Shown here one piece after another: positions 12,988 to 26,057 of a stretch of DNA of 64,000 bases (position 1 is the first letter of the stretch; each line of letters opens with the position of its first letter). Made by a program: the position numbers and the translations under genes. The notes beneath the pieces are model-generated. The model saw only the letters and a list, made by a program, of their open reading frames with translations. It had not been told where the DNA came from and did not search any database. Source of the stretch: Felis catus (Eukaryota). The stretch spans positions 6,014,001-6,078,000 of the forward strand of contig NC_058368.1 of assembly GCF_018350175.1 (NCBI RefSeq), written 5' to 3'.

Positions 12988-15372
12988 AACCAGAAAGACC
13001 AGGAGTTTGGGGAAGATGGCAGAATAGGAGAAACCTGAATTCACCTGGTCCCACAAACACACAGAGATAACAGCTCCATCACACAGAAGAGGCCACACCA
13101 AAAAGGGCAGGAAAGGCAGAGCTGCATTTGGGAACCAAATCCCCAGCACAACTAACCGCAAACGGGAGAGACAGCACAAGTCCAAAAAGCAAAAGGATGT
13201 GACCCCACACAGGGCACCCCCAGCCCTGGGGACCCACACTGATGAGTCCCCATAAAATCTGGCTTGAAGGCCAGTGGGGCTTCAATCCAAAAACTTTAAA
13301 ATTCATCAGGCTTAACTGTGGGAGAGCCAGAGAGCAAGGGAAAGCGGAGTCCCTGCCCTTAAAGGGCCAGCATACTAAACAATCCAGCCCAAGGCCCAAT
13401 ACAGAAGCAGCAGTTTGAAAAGCACATGGGGTATACATGAAGATTTACTGACTAATCTTAAAACATGTGCCTGGAGGGGCAGGAATCTGCATGAGATTTT
13501 TCCAGGAACAAGAGTGCTGGCAGAAGCCATTTCTCTTTCCTTCCCCCGGGCTAGATAGCCAGATGCTTGTGGGAGCCAGCAACACTCTTCATCCACCTTT
13601 CTAGCATCAGGTGCCCCGGCCCAGCATTCCCCTGTGGACCCTCCCCATCCGGCCTGCCTGATTCTTCAACAGGCATCCCAGCAAAGCAGCTGCTGCCCAA
13701 CAGACCCTGCGAGCAGCTCCCACAGGGACCAGCACCGCTCCAAAGGGACTCCTGCCCTGAAGAGAGGGAGACATAACCCCACATAACAACATGCCCACAG
13801 TTTCTGCAGCCAGGCGTCTTGGCTGGCTCTGCAGAAAGCAAGCCCTGCCCTAGGGTGCATGTGCAGCTATGGCAGAAAGGCTAACTGCAGACAGGTTGGC
13901 TGACTGCTGGCCCTGCCCACCAACAAGCCCACAGTAGCCACAGACATGCCTCTCCACAGTGCAGGGAGCAAACCCCATCCAGTGCACCAACAGAAGAAAA
14001 AATGGGTCACTGCAGCTGTCTGAAGTAAGAATAACTGAGGCCCAGCCATAAGTGGAGGGTGCAAGACAGCCCACACGGGAGACACCCCTGGAGGATGTTG
14101 TTCTGGGGACCAACGGAGATTGCACTATAGGCACCACTCCTATTAAAGACCGCTACATTCAAGTCCAGGAGATGTAGCCAACCTGCCTTATACATAGAAA
14201 TAGACACAGAGTCACAAAATCAGGAGACAGAAGAATATGTCACAAATGAAAGAACAAGACAAAATCATAGGAAAAGACCAAAATGAAACAAAAATAATAT
14301 GCTTGATAAAAAAATCAAAGTAATGGTCCTAAAGATACTCAGAGAATTTGAGAGAAGAGTGGATGAACTCAGTGAGAACTTCAAAAAAAGAGACAGAAAA
14401 TGTGAAAAACTAGTGAAAGCTGAAGAATTCAGTAACAGAAATTAAAAATACAGTAGAGGAAACCACAAGCTGATTAGAGGATGCAGAAGAACAGATTAGT
14501 GATCAGGAAGATAGGGTAATGGAAATCAACCCAGCTGAACAGCAAAAAGAAAAACCAATAATAAAAAACGGAAATAGGTTAAGGGAACTCTGCGACATCA
14601 TCAATAACATTCAAATATAGAGATTTCAGAAAAAGAAGGGGGCAAAAAACTTATTTGAAGAAATAATAGCTGAAAACTTCTCTAATCTAGGGAAGGAAAC
14701 AGACACCCAGATACAGAATGCAGAGAGAGTTCCTAACCAGATGAACCCAAGGACGTCCATACCAAGACATATAATAATTAAAATGGCAAAAAAGTAATGA
14801 TAAAGAGAATTTTTTTAAAAGCAAGAGACAAGCAGAGAGTTACATAAGAAGAAAGCCCCATAAATCTATCATGTGATTTTTCAGCAGAAACTACAGGCCA
14901 AAGGGTAGCATGATAGATTCAAAGTGCCAAAAGAAAAAAAAAAAAAAACCTACAACTAAGAATATTCTATCCAACAAGTTTACCATTCAGAATAGAAAAA
15001 GAGATAAGGAATTTCCCAGACAAACAAAAGTTGAAGGAGTTCATCACCACTAAACCAACCTTACAAGAAATGTTTAAGGAAATTCTTTAAATGGAAAGAA
15101 AAGGTCATAATAAGAAGAAAATTATAAGAGGAAAAATTTTCACAGATAAAAGCAAACATATAGTAAAGGTGGTAGATAACTCACTTATATATGAGTATGA
15201 CAGCCAAAAGACAAAGGCAGTAAAATCAGTTATCTACAGAAAATTGGTTAAGAGATATACAAAATAAAATGATGTCAAATATGACATTATATACATAAAA
15301 CATAAAGGGGTGTAAAAATGTACAAATATAAAAATATAAAATGTACAAATACAAAAATACCAAAAAAATGCT

Positions 15373-15449
15373 TTTATTTTGTTTTTAATTTTAATGTTTA
15401 TTTTTGAGAGGGAGACAAAGACAGAGACAAAGCTCAAGAAGGGGAGGGG

Positions 15450-15493
<44 letters not shown>

Positions 15494-15626
15494 CAGAATC
15501 TAAAGCAGGATCCAGGCTCTGAGCTGTCAGCACAGAGCCCAACGTGGGGCTCAAACCCACAAGCTGTGAGATCATGACCTTAATTGAAGTCAGATGCCTA
15601 ACCAACTGAGCCACCCAAGCACCCCC
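15373..15626 (-). mobile_element. SINEC_Fc inside L1
   Basis: Reverse SINEC with (AG)n. Confidence 0.9.
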
Positions 15627-17191
15627 AAATTTAGTGCTTTTAGAATGTGTTTGAACTTAAGTAACTATGAACATAGACTACAACATACATAAGATGTCAT
15701 ATATTTGATCCTGGTGGTGACCACAGATCAAAAACCTACAGCAGATACACAACAAATAAAGAGAAGGAAATCCAAGTATAACACTAAGGAAAGCCATCAA
15801 ACCACAAGGAAAGAGAGCAAGAAAAGAATAAAGGAACAGAGAACAACTACGACACCAACCAGAAACAACAACATGTCAATAAGTAAATATCTACCAATAA
15901 TTAAATGTGAATGTACTAAATGCTCAAATCAAAATATATAGGGTAGCTGAATAAATAAAAACAAGCAAGACTCATTTATAAGCTTCCCTACAAGAAACTC
16001 ACTTTAGACCTAGAGGCACATACACACGGAAAATGAAAGGATGGAAAAACATATACTATGCAAATGGAAGCCAAAAAAAAAAAAAAAAAGCTGGGGTGGC
16101 AATACTTAAATCAGACTAAATAGACTTTAAAACAAAGACTATCGCAAGAGACAAATAAGGACACTACATAATGATAAAGGGATTAATCCACCAAGAGAAT
16201 ATAACAATTGTAAATATCTATGAACCCAACATAGAAGCACCTAAACACAAAAAGCAAACATTAGCAGTAATAAAGGAAGAAACTGACAGTAATACGGTAA
16301 TAGAAGGGGACTTTAATACTCCACTTACATCAATTAATAGATTGTCCAGAGAGAAAATCAACAAGGAAACAGTGTCTGTGAACCAGATCAGACTAGATGG
16401 ACCTAACAGATATAAACAAAACATTCCATCCAAAACAACAGAATACACACTATTTTCAAGTACATGTAGAACATTCTCTAGACTAGATGACATACCAGGG
16501 CACAAAACAAGTCTCAATAAATTTAGGAACATTCAAATAATCTCAAGCATCTTTTCTGACCAAAATGGTATGAAACTAGAAATCAATTACAAAAAAAAAA
16601 AAAAAAAAAGAGCTGGAAAAAACACAAACCCATAGAGGCTAAACAGTATGCCCCTAAACAACCAATGGATCAGTGAGGATGACCTCAGTTTGGCTTGTCT
16701 GGCATTTTCCTCCTGCTCAGAGTGAGGTGATTTGTTGGGATGGAACACAGAGGTAAAGTGGACTTCTCGTCACATCATGTCAGGGTCCCCATCATCAACA
16801 CCATTTATTGCTGCTAATGAAAAACTCAAGAAATACATGGAGACAAATGAATTGAAAACACAATTTTCCAAAATCTTTGGGACACCGCAAAGCCTGTTCT
16901 AAGCAGGACGTTTATAGTGACTCAGGCCCACCTCAAGAAATAAGAAAAAATTCCAAACAACCTAACCTTACACCTAAAGGAGCTAGAAAAGCAAGAACAA
17001 ACTAAGTCCAGAGCTAGCAGAAAGAAGTAAACATAAAGATTAGAGTGGAAATGAATAAAATGAGACTAAAATAATAAAGATAAATGAAATCAAGAGCTAG
17101 TTCTTTAAAAAGATAAAGTTGATAAAGTATAACCAGACTCATCAAGAAAAAGAGAAAATGACTCAAATAAAATCTGAAATGAAGGAGAAGA

Positions 17192-17420
17192 GGGGTGCCT
17201 GGGTGGCTCAGTCCATTAAGTGACCAACTTTGGCTCAGGTCATGATCTCACAGTTCGTGGGTTCAAGACCCACATCGGGCTCTGTGCTAACAGCTCACAG
17301 CCAAGAGCCTGCTTCAGATTCTGTGTCCCCCTCTCTCTCTGCCCCTCCACCATTTGCACTCTGTCCCTCTCTCTCTCAAAACATGAATAAACATTAAAAA
17401 AATTTAAAAAGGAAAAAGAA
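17192..17420 (+). mobile_element. SINEC_Fc inside L1
   Basis: ggggtgcctgggtggctcagtc head. Confidence 0.9.
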
Positions 17421-18047
17421 AGGGGAAAAACCAACACCACATAAATACAAATCATTATAAGAGACTATTATGAGAAATTATATGCCAAAAATTGGACAAC
17501 CTAGAAGAAATTCCTAGAAACATACAATCTTCAAAACCTGAATCAGGAAGAAATAGAAGATCTGAGCACACAGATTGCCAATATTGAAATTGAATTAGTA
17601 ACCAAAAAACTCCAAACAAACAGAGGTCCAGGACCAGATAGCTTTACAGATGAATTCTGCCAAACTTTTAAAAAAGAGTTAATACATATTCTTCTCAAAC
17701 TATTCCAAAAAATAAAAGATGAAGGAAAAGTTCCCAATTCATTCTACAAAGCCAGCATTGCCCTAATACCAAAACCAGACAAAAACACTACCCAAAAGAG
17801 AAAACAACAGGCCAATATCTCTGATATGAATAGACTCAAAAATCCTCAACAAAATATTACCAAACTAAAACCAACAATACATTAGAAAAACGATTTACCA
17901 CAATCAAGTAAAATTTATTCCAGGGATGTAAGGGTGGTTCGATATGTACAAATCAATCAATGTGATACATCACATCAACAAGAGAAAGGATAAAAATCAT
18001 ATCATCTCAATAGATGCAGAAAAAGCAATTGACAAAATATAACATCC

Positions 18048-18273
18048 ATTTTTTTTTTAATTTTTTTTTTCAACGTTTATTTATTTTGGGGACAGAGAGA
18101 GACAGAGCATGAATGGGGGAGGGGCAGAGAGAGAGGGAGACACAGAATAGGAAACAGGGTCCAGGCTCTGAGCCATCAGCCCAGAGCCCGACGCGGGGCT
18201 CGAACTCACAGACCGCGAGATGGTGACCTGGCTGAAGTCGGACGCTTAACCGACTGCGCCACCCAGGCGCCCC
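18048..18273 (-). mobile_element. Young SINEC_Fc inside L1
   Basis: TSD atataacatccatttt. Confidence 0.92.
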
Positions 18274-19073
18274 ATATAACATCCATTTTTGATAAAAACT
18301 CTCAATAAAACAGGTTTAGAGGAAACATACCTCAACATATTAAAGGCCTTATATGAAAAACCCACAGCTAAAATTATACTCAATGGTGAAAAACTAAGAG
18401 CTTTTCTTCTAAGATCAGAAACAAGAAAAGGATGTCCACTCTCACTAGTTTTATTCAACAGATCACTGGAAGTCCTAACCACAGCAATCAGACAAGAAAA
18501 AGAAATAAAAAGCATCCAAATTGGTAAGGAAGAAGTAAAACTGTCACTATTTGCAGATGACACTATATTTGAAGAACCCTTAAAACTCCACCAAATGACT
18601 ATGAGTAATGATAATTTAATAAAGTTGCAGGATACAAAATTACTATACATAAATCTGTTGTGTTTCTATACACTAATAACAAAGCTATAGGAAGAGAAAT
18701 CAAGAAAAAAAAATCTCATTTACAATTGCACCAAAAATAATAAAATATCTAAAAGTAAACTTAACCAAGGAGGTGAAAGACTTGTACTTTGAAAACTGTA
18801 AAATATTGATGAAAGAAATTGAAGATGACATAAATGGCAAGATATTTCATGATCATGGATTAGAAGAATCAATACTGTTAAAATGTCCATACTACACAAA
18901 GCAATCTATGCATTTAGTGTAATTCCTATAAAAACACTAACATTTTCACAGAACTAGAACAAATAGTCCTCAAATTTGTATGAAATCACAAAAGACCCCA
19001 AATAGCTAAGGCAATCTTGAGAAGGAAGAACAAAACCAGACATATCACCCTCCCAGATTTCAGGATGTACTAC

Positions 19074-19166
19074 AAAGCTATAGTAATCCAAACATTATGG
19101 TACTAAAGCTATAGTAATCCAAACATTATGGTACTAAAGCTTTAGTAATCCAAACATTATGGTACT
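19074..19166 (+). repeat. 31-bp tandem triplication within L1 ORF2
   Basis: aaagctatagtaatccaaacattatggtact x3, one substitution in copy 3. Confidence 0.95.
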
Positions 19167-20564
19167 GGCACAAAAACAGACACTCAGGCCAACTGAACAG
19201 AATAGACAGCCCAGAGGTAAACACACACCTATTTGGTCACTTAATCTATGACACGGGAGGCAAGAATATAGAAAGGGTAAAAGACAATCCCTTCAATAAA
19301 TGGTACTGGGAAACTGGAAAGCTACATGCAAAAGAATGAAACTGGACCAATTTCTTACATCATACACAAAAATAAAATCAAAATGGATTAAATACCTAAA
19401 TGTAAGACTTGAAACCATAAAACTCCTAAAAGAAATGTCCATTTGGCATTGGACGTAGAAATATTTTTCTAGATATGTCTTCTCTGGCAATGGAAACAAA
19501 AGCGAAATTAAACCATTGGGACTACACCAAAATTAAAAGCTTTTGCACAGTGAAGGAAACCATCAACAAAATGAATAGGCAACCTACTGAGTGGGAGAAG
19601 ATATTTGCAAATGACATATCCAGTAAGGTGTTAACATCCTATGTATATAAACTTATTCAAATATAAACATATTCCCCTCAACCCCCCTCCCCAAATTAGT
19701 GTGATTAAAAATGGGCAGAGGACCTGAATAGGCATTTTTCCAAGGAAGACATATAGATGGCCAACAGACAGATGAAAAGATGCTCAACATCACTAATTAT
19801 CACGGGAATGCAAATTAAAACCACAATAAAATATCACTTTACACCTGTCAGAATGACTAAAATGAAAAATCACAGTAACAAGGATGTGGAGGAAAAGGAA
19901 CCCTCATGCAACTGTTGGTGAGAATGCAGATTGGTACAGCCACTATGGAAAATAGTACGGAGATTTCATGAAAAATTAAAAATATATTTACCATATGAGC
20001 TAGTAATTCATTACTGGGTATCTACCCAAAGAAAACAAAAACAAATTCACAGGTCTATATGCACCCCTATGTTTATTGCAGCATTATTTACAATAGGCAA
20101 GATATAGAAGGAACCCAAGTGTCCGTCCATAGATGAACGGGTAAAGAAGGTATGGTATACATCAAAATGGAAGGACCTAGAGGGTATAATGCTAAGTGAA
20201 ATAAGTCAGCCAGAGAAAGACAAATAGTATATTATTTCAGTCATATGTGAATATAAGAAACCAATAAAGAAAAAAGAGGCAAACAAAAAACCAGAAACTT
20301 AAATACAGAATAACTGGTAGTAGCCAGAAGGGAGATGAGTGGGGGGATGGGTGAAATAAAGGGGATTAAGAGCACACTTACCCTGATGAGCACTGAGTAA
20401 TGTATACAATTGCTGAATCACTATATTATACACCTGAAAACTAATATAACACTGTATGTTAAGTATACTTCAATAAAAAAAAAAAGCCTAATGCTAAATT
20501 CCCAATGTAGGATAATGGTGGAGAACTCAGCAGCTCTGTGAGGTTCCACTGCAAAGCATTTACC

Positions 20565-20792
20565 TTGGGAATGCAAACTGGTGCAGCCACTCTGGAGAAC
20601 AGTATGGAAGTTCCTGAAAAAGTTAAAAAGAGAACTACCCTATGACCCAGCAATTGTACTACCAGGTATTTATCCAAAGGATACAAAGAGTAGTGATTCA
20701 AAGAGGCACATGCACCACCATGGTTATAGCTGTCAACAATAGCCAAACTGTGGAAAGAGCCCAAATGTCCATCAACTGATGAATGGATAAAG

Positions 20793-20826
<34 letters not shown>

Positions 20827-21256
20827 ATGTGCGCACATGTGTATTTAATGGAATGTTACTCAGCCATCAAAAAGAATGAAATCTTGCCATTTGCAAGATG
20901 TGGATGGAGCTAGAATGTATCATGCTAAGCGAAATAAGTCAGTCAGAGAAAGACATGACTTCACTCACATATGGAATTTAAGAAACGAAACAGATGAACA
21001 TAGGGGAAGTGTAGGAAAAAGAAAATAAGATGAAAACGAGAGGGAGGCAAATCACAAGAGACTCTTAACTGTAGAGAACAAACAGGGTTGCTGGAGAGGT
21101 GATGGGTGGGGGGGGACGGGCTAAATGGGTGATGGGCATTAAGGAGGGCACTTGTTGGGATGAACACTGGGTGTTAAATGTAAGTGATGAATCGCTAAAT
21201 TCTACTCCTGAAACCAATACTACACTATATGTTAACCAACATGAATTTAAATAAAA
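20565..21256 (+). mobile_element. 5'-truncated carnivore L1 3' end with (TG)n
   Basis: tgggaatgcaaactggtgcagccactctgg...aattctactcctgaaaccaat 3'UTR phrases. Confidence 0.85.
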
Positions 21257-21560
21257 CCTTGGGGGGAAGAAAGGAAAGCACTTTTACCTCCTAGGTATTG
21301 CTAAAGGGCACTCTCGATTGGCAGTGGGCTGCATGGTACTGCTATGAACAGGAAGAACAAGTGAGAGCAGAGGCCAATTCAGAAACAGAAACCTTGAGGG
21401 TGAGATGAAGACACAGCCTATTCTTGGTAGTGAACTTGAGAATTCAAAGTTTTTCAGGGTTTGAGACAACTGTTACACCCTGAAGTATCTACACTAAGTG
21501 TATTTTGCAGGTGAGGACGACATCCTCCTTCCTCTCCTCCCAGCTACACACACTTCTCAC

Positions 21561-21705
21561 CTGATGGAGTTTTTGCAGAAGTTGTTCCTAATGGGCTCAT
21601 TGAGGTAAATGGTGCGGACTTTGGACGCGTCTGATCCTTGAAGAGAGTGTTGGCAGCCCATCTTTTCCTCCACCTTCTGACAGATTAAAGAGAAATCAAC
21701 AGGTC
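21561..21705 (-). CDS. ATP8A2-like exon 2 (145 nt); first ATG at 21661-21659
   Basis: Acceptor ctttgtcttcttgttgtag|G and donor AG|gtgag. Encodes GPVDFSLICQKVEEKMGCQHS...RTIYLNEP...KNSI. ATG is in strong Kozak context (AAGATGG). Confidence 0.88.
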
Positions 21706-22129
21706 CTACAACAAGAAGACAAAGGAATGTTACCCAGAAGTGCAACTGAAATCAGGCTCCAGGGAACGCATCAAGTGCATTGCATGTTGGACCTCTGTTG
21801 AGTCCCCAGGGAGGAGACTGTTTTCCTAGCCTCCAGTTCTTCACCTGTCCCATTTCTCCAGGGACCAGACATCCAAGACCTCCCCTGTCACCCTGCATTG
21901 GCGAGGCGGTTCTGGTTCCCTCATGGCTACCACATCCCCATTCCCTCCCCAGCCCTGGAGGCTCTGGGTGGGCACTGACATTCAGCCCGGGCAGGAGACT
22001 GGGGAAGATGCAGTGAGATAGGGCCCAGCAGCTGGCCTCAGAAAAAGAATGGGCGAGGGGAGAAGGTGAATAGGGCTGGGGGAAGCGGAGGGGAGAGTGT
22101 CTTGGCTCAAGAGCAGTAGCTCCATGACC

Positions 22130-22751
22130 AGAGGGCAGCCCCCTGACCAAGATGGCCTTAACATTCCCCCCAGCTTGACTAAATTGGAAATAGATGCCTT
22201 CTTGTCTCTAGTCCTGAATTCCCTTTCCTTTTTACTAACGTGAAGCATTTACTTTGGAAAAGGTGATTGTATGTTGTTATTCTACTCCCTTTGAAATGTA
22301 TAGAAATGCCCTGAAAAGCCCCTTGCCAGCTTTAAGATCCATGGGGAAGCTTTTCTCAAGGACCTGGGAGATCCCTGAAATGTAATCATCAAAGAAGTTC
22401 TCCATTCCATGGTAGGGTAGGAACCTAACTTCAGGGGGTGCCTTGCTCGAAGTGTAAAATTCTCACATGTCATGAAGATAAGAGAAAATGTAGTTATTCT
22501 TTGGGTAAAGCCAGTTAGCAGACACAGGTGGCCAACAATCCTCCTCCTTCCCCACCCCAGCTTTTTAAAACTCCCCCACCTTTGTTTCAGCCAAGGTGAG
22601 CTCAGTCTCTCTCCCCTATTGAAATAGCCTTGAATAGTCTTCCTGGCCCCATTAACTTCACCCAGGTAACATATATTTTGATATCTCCTACCCCCAAAAT
22701 AAGTGAGATTTTTGACCAAGGGGCCAAGGAAAGTCTCATTTGTTTCTGACA
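22130..22751 (+). mobile_element. ERV1-class (MER4-group-like) LTR fragment
   Basis: ttctcaaggacctggga...tgaaatgtaatcatcaa...gggtaggaacctaacttc phrases, ends ...ttctgaca. Confidence 0.55.
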
Positions 22752-25068
22752 AGAAATAGAGGCTAGTGTGCCCTCAACAGTAAGAAGCATTTTTATGTCT
22801 GAGTCCATGTACCCAGTTTTTCTCAGACTTGCCCAAGGTCCTGTAGTGCAGGATTAATAGCGATATTCAAGTCCTTGAGTTACGAACTTTCTCACCATCA
22901 CTGTATGTTTGGTAAGAGAGCTATTTCTCTTCACGCGTTTCCCTAACAACGCATCCATGTGTGAGGGTGAAGAAACAAAAAGTGAGTTACAGTTTACTAA
23001 GGGGCTGCTGATGAAAATAAATAAAGCTCTAAACACCTGACTAGACATGTATGATCTTCAAGGCTATCAACAGGCTTCAAGGAGGAGCCTGTTGACCTGC
23101 TGCTACCTGACAGAAGGGTGCTGGTGACCAAGTGTCCCCAGTTGAAAGGCCTGAGCCTTTAATGTCCCGGCTCACACACTAGGTGCCTCTCACCACACCA
23201 ACATGTCTCTTCAGCAAATAACTGGTCTCTTAGAGTGGCCCCATTAAATTGTATAATAGTAAAAAGTGAGCCAACATAGAATCTATGAAAACGTAATGCA
23301 GCCCTTTGCCCATAAAAATGACAAAGCCTAAGGAACAAAAGACAAAGGAAATTCTTGTTTGCACATCAAAAGAATTAAGTTACAAAACACACAGAAAATA
23401 CATTTCCTGTAAAAGAAATTAAATATGGCCATTATGAAACAAGAGGTCAAAAATAGAAATACTAAATTATTTTTTGAAGTGATAATGCAACTGCAGAAGA
23501 ATTTTTAATGTGACCTGAAAGAGCTCAGAAAAGAAATGAAAGAGAAATATCTTAAGAAAAAGGAAAGCCACCTTAGAAGGAACTAAGGTAACAGAGAGCT
23601 GAAAAGAGGCATGTCCTGCACAGACTATGAAAACTAAGTAAAATGAAATGAAAAAGAGCACAGATGATAAAGAACTGAAGAAAAATTATAGATGTGGGAC
23701 AAAGGATCCAACGTATGCATATTTCTTGTCCTTAAGAAATTTAAAACATGAAACAAAAACACTGAAAGTCGTAGTAGAATAGATCTTTCTTTAATGAGAA
23801 CAAAACAACTAAGAAAAATCTAACACAAATTCCAAGACACTTCCTGGTTAAGTTTATTGGACTTTAAGAATAATGAAAAAAAAAATCATTATTAGACCAG
23901 CAACTTGTTTATGAAGTTTGGAAAGAGAGGGACTATTGGGGCCCCACGTAGAAGTCATCACTGAGGCAGGAGACCAGATGTCCTATCAAGAAATGAATGA
24001 AAAGCTGGTAAACAAGATGTAGAAAGCAGTGATTTACCTGGATACAAAAACAAGGGTTTAGGTAATCATAGGCCATCTTATTGTGACCGAACTTTCTGTT
24101 GACACAGCTTAAAATGGTGACTTTTTTTTTTTAAGGCTTTTTAAATTCACTACTCAAGCGAGTAGCTATTATCAAGCCAAATTTTCATCAAAAACAAAAT
24201 TCAAGAGAATTAAGTAAAAAATTCAAAAAGCACCTTCCTCCTGAAGAAATGTGCCAATTAACACCAAAATTAACAGTGGGGAAACAGGGGTTATGTAAGG
24301 CAAGGCTCGGGTCATGCCCAAGACAGAGACTCTGAGAGAACGTCATAGTCACAGAAACTCATCTCAAGGTCAGGGTGAAGTTGAAAGAATGTTGTCCCAT
24401 TATCCATTCAACCACTCCCACAGGGCCTTGGTATAATTCTGACAAAGGAGAGAGAGAAAGAGAGAGATAGAGAGAGATGGGAGGGAGGGAGCTTTCTAGC
24501 AGAATAACCCAAATTGGCATCATCAGAGTTGGCCAAGAGATCTCAAGTACTGTCAGTTTAAGATGGTTCAGAATTAGTAGTGCTGCAAAGTAAAAGCAGA
24601 TAAAAACACATACAAAGAGAGGGAGAGAGAGAGAAATAGGGCAAAAGCAGTATGTTGGCAGATGATGGCTATGACTTTTTCACAGAGGCAAGAAAACCAA
24701 GACATCTCAAACAAAGTAGGTCAAGAATATTACAGTTGGATTTATAGTGAAAATGCAGAAAAATAAAGACAAGGAGGAAATCTTAAAAGCGGCCAGAGAA
24801 AAATAAGAGGAAGGAATGTTTCCCCCAAATTTTATGAAACTGCATTATGACACCAAAACCAAAGTCATTACAAGAAAAAAATAGTACAAATTCAAATCCA
24901 TTATAAGCATGAATATAAAAATCCTTAGCAAAAAATCAAATCTACCAATATGCAACATGATTACACATCATGACTTTTATGCACTGAATTGCATCTTCAC
25001 ACCAAAAAATGATCCGTTGATGTCCTAACCCCCAGTACCTCAGAATGTGACTTTATTTCAAAATAAGT

Positions 25069-25665
25069 TGTCTTGGTCTGCTCAGGCTGCTCTAACAAAA
25101 TACCACAGACCAGGTAGCTCATAAACAAATTTATTTCTCATGGTTTTTCTTTTTTTTTTTTTTAATTTTTTTTAACGTTTATTTATTTTTGAGACAGAGA
25201 GAGACAGAGCATGAACGGGGGAGGGGCAGAGAGAGAGGGAGACACAGAATTGGAAGCAGGCTCCAGGCTCTGAGCCATCAGCCCAGAGCCTGACGCGGGG
25301 CTCGAACTCACAGACCGCGAGATCGTGACCTTAGCTGAAGTCGGAGGCTTAACCGACTGAGCCACCCAGGCGCCCCTATTTCTCACGGTTTTGAAGGCTG
25401 GGAAGTCCGAGCTCAAGGTGCCAGCATGGTGGTTTTGGTGAGGGCCACCTTCCTGGTTCGTGAATTCTCATTGTGTCCTCACATAGTGGCAGGGGCTAAG
25501 GACCTCTCTGGGCCCTCTTTTATAAGGCATCGATCCCATTCGTGAGGGCTCCTTCGTGCTTAAGCACCTCCCAAAGGCTCTACCTGCTAACACCCTCACC
25601 ATTGGTGCTTAGGATTTCAACACATGGATTGGGGGGAGGGGGCCACAAACATTCAGACCACAGCG
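25069..25665 (-). mobile_element. MLT1A/MST-like MaLR LTR nested in the previous LTR
   Basis: tgtcttggtctgctcaggctgctctaacaaaataccacagac...aaacattcagaccacagc, TSD taagt/taagg. Confidence 0.8.
25148..25376 (-). mobile_element. SINEC_Fc nested in the inner LTR
   Basis: TSD tatttctca(t/c)ggtttt. Confidence 0.92.
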
Positions 25666-26057
25666 TAAGGTCCTTGCGGCGTTACCCAAATTGAGATAAT
25701 GTCATAGGGTGGACCCTAAGCCAGTATGACTAGTATCCTTATGAAAAGGGGAACTCCGGTCACAGAGACAGACACACACATAAAGAGAAGACAACGTGAA
25801 GAGACAGGAAAATGCCACACGAACATGGAGGTACCAAGTGGAGTCGTGCTGCTGCAAACCGGGGAACACCCGGAGCTACGAGAAGCTGAAGAGGCAAAGG
25901 ATGACCCTTCTCCTATGTATTTCAAGTGGAGAGTAGCCCTGCTGACCTTGATCTTACACTTCTGTACTTGAGAATTCTGACACCATAGATTCCCGTTGTT
26001 CTAACTAAGTCACCCAGTTTGTGGCACTTTCCCTATGACGAGCCTAGGAAACTGATA

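Larger units (their letters stand above)
12998..20486 (+). mobile_element. Near full-length, inactivated L1 in intron 2, antisense to the host gene
   Basis: 5' aagatggc (YY1-type) at 13013, GC-richer 5'UTR, ORF1 remnant ~14220-15090 (MSQMKEQDK), ORF2 endonuclease (GDFNTPL, ORF 16171-16635), RT (LFADD, ORF 18289-18690), 3'UTR and polyA ~20475. Many stops and frameshifts. Confidence 0.92.
24975..26057 (+). mobile_element. MLT1-type MaLR LTR, split by a nested insertion
   Basis: cctaacccccagtacctcagaatgtgac...cagtttgtggcactt...cctaggaaactgata, 5-bp TSD atgac. Confidence 0.8.

Noticed and set aside
19074..19166. CRISPR-like 31-bp repeats
   Set aside because: No spacers, located inside L1 ORF2, eukaryotic DNA.
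21673..21680. NAGNAG acceptor (tcag/aag) as the start of exon 2
   Set aside because: The acceptor at 21706 has a good pyrimidine tract, gives a 145-nt exon and extends homology (GPV...SL...K.E..M). The inner site is at most a minor alternative.
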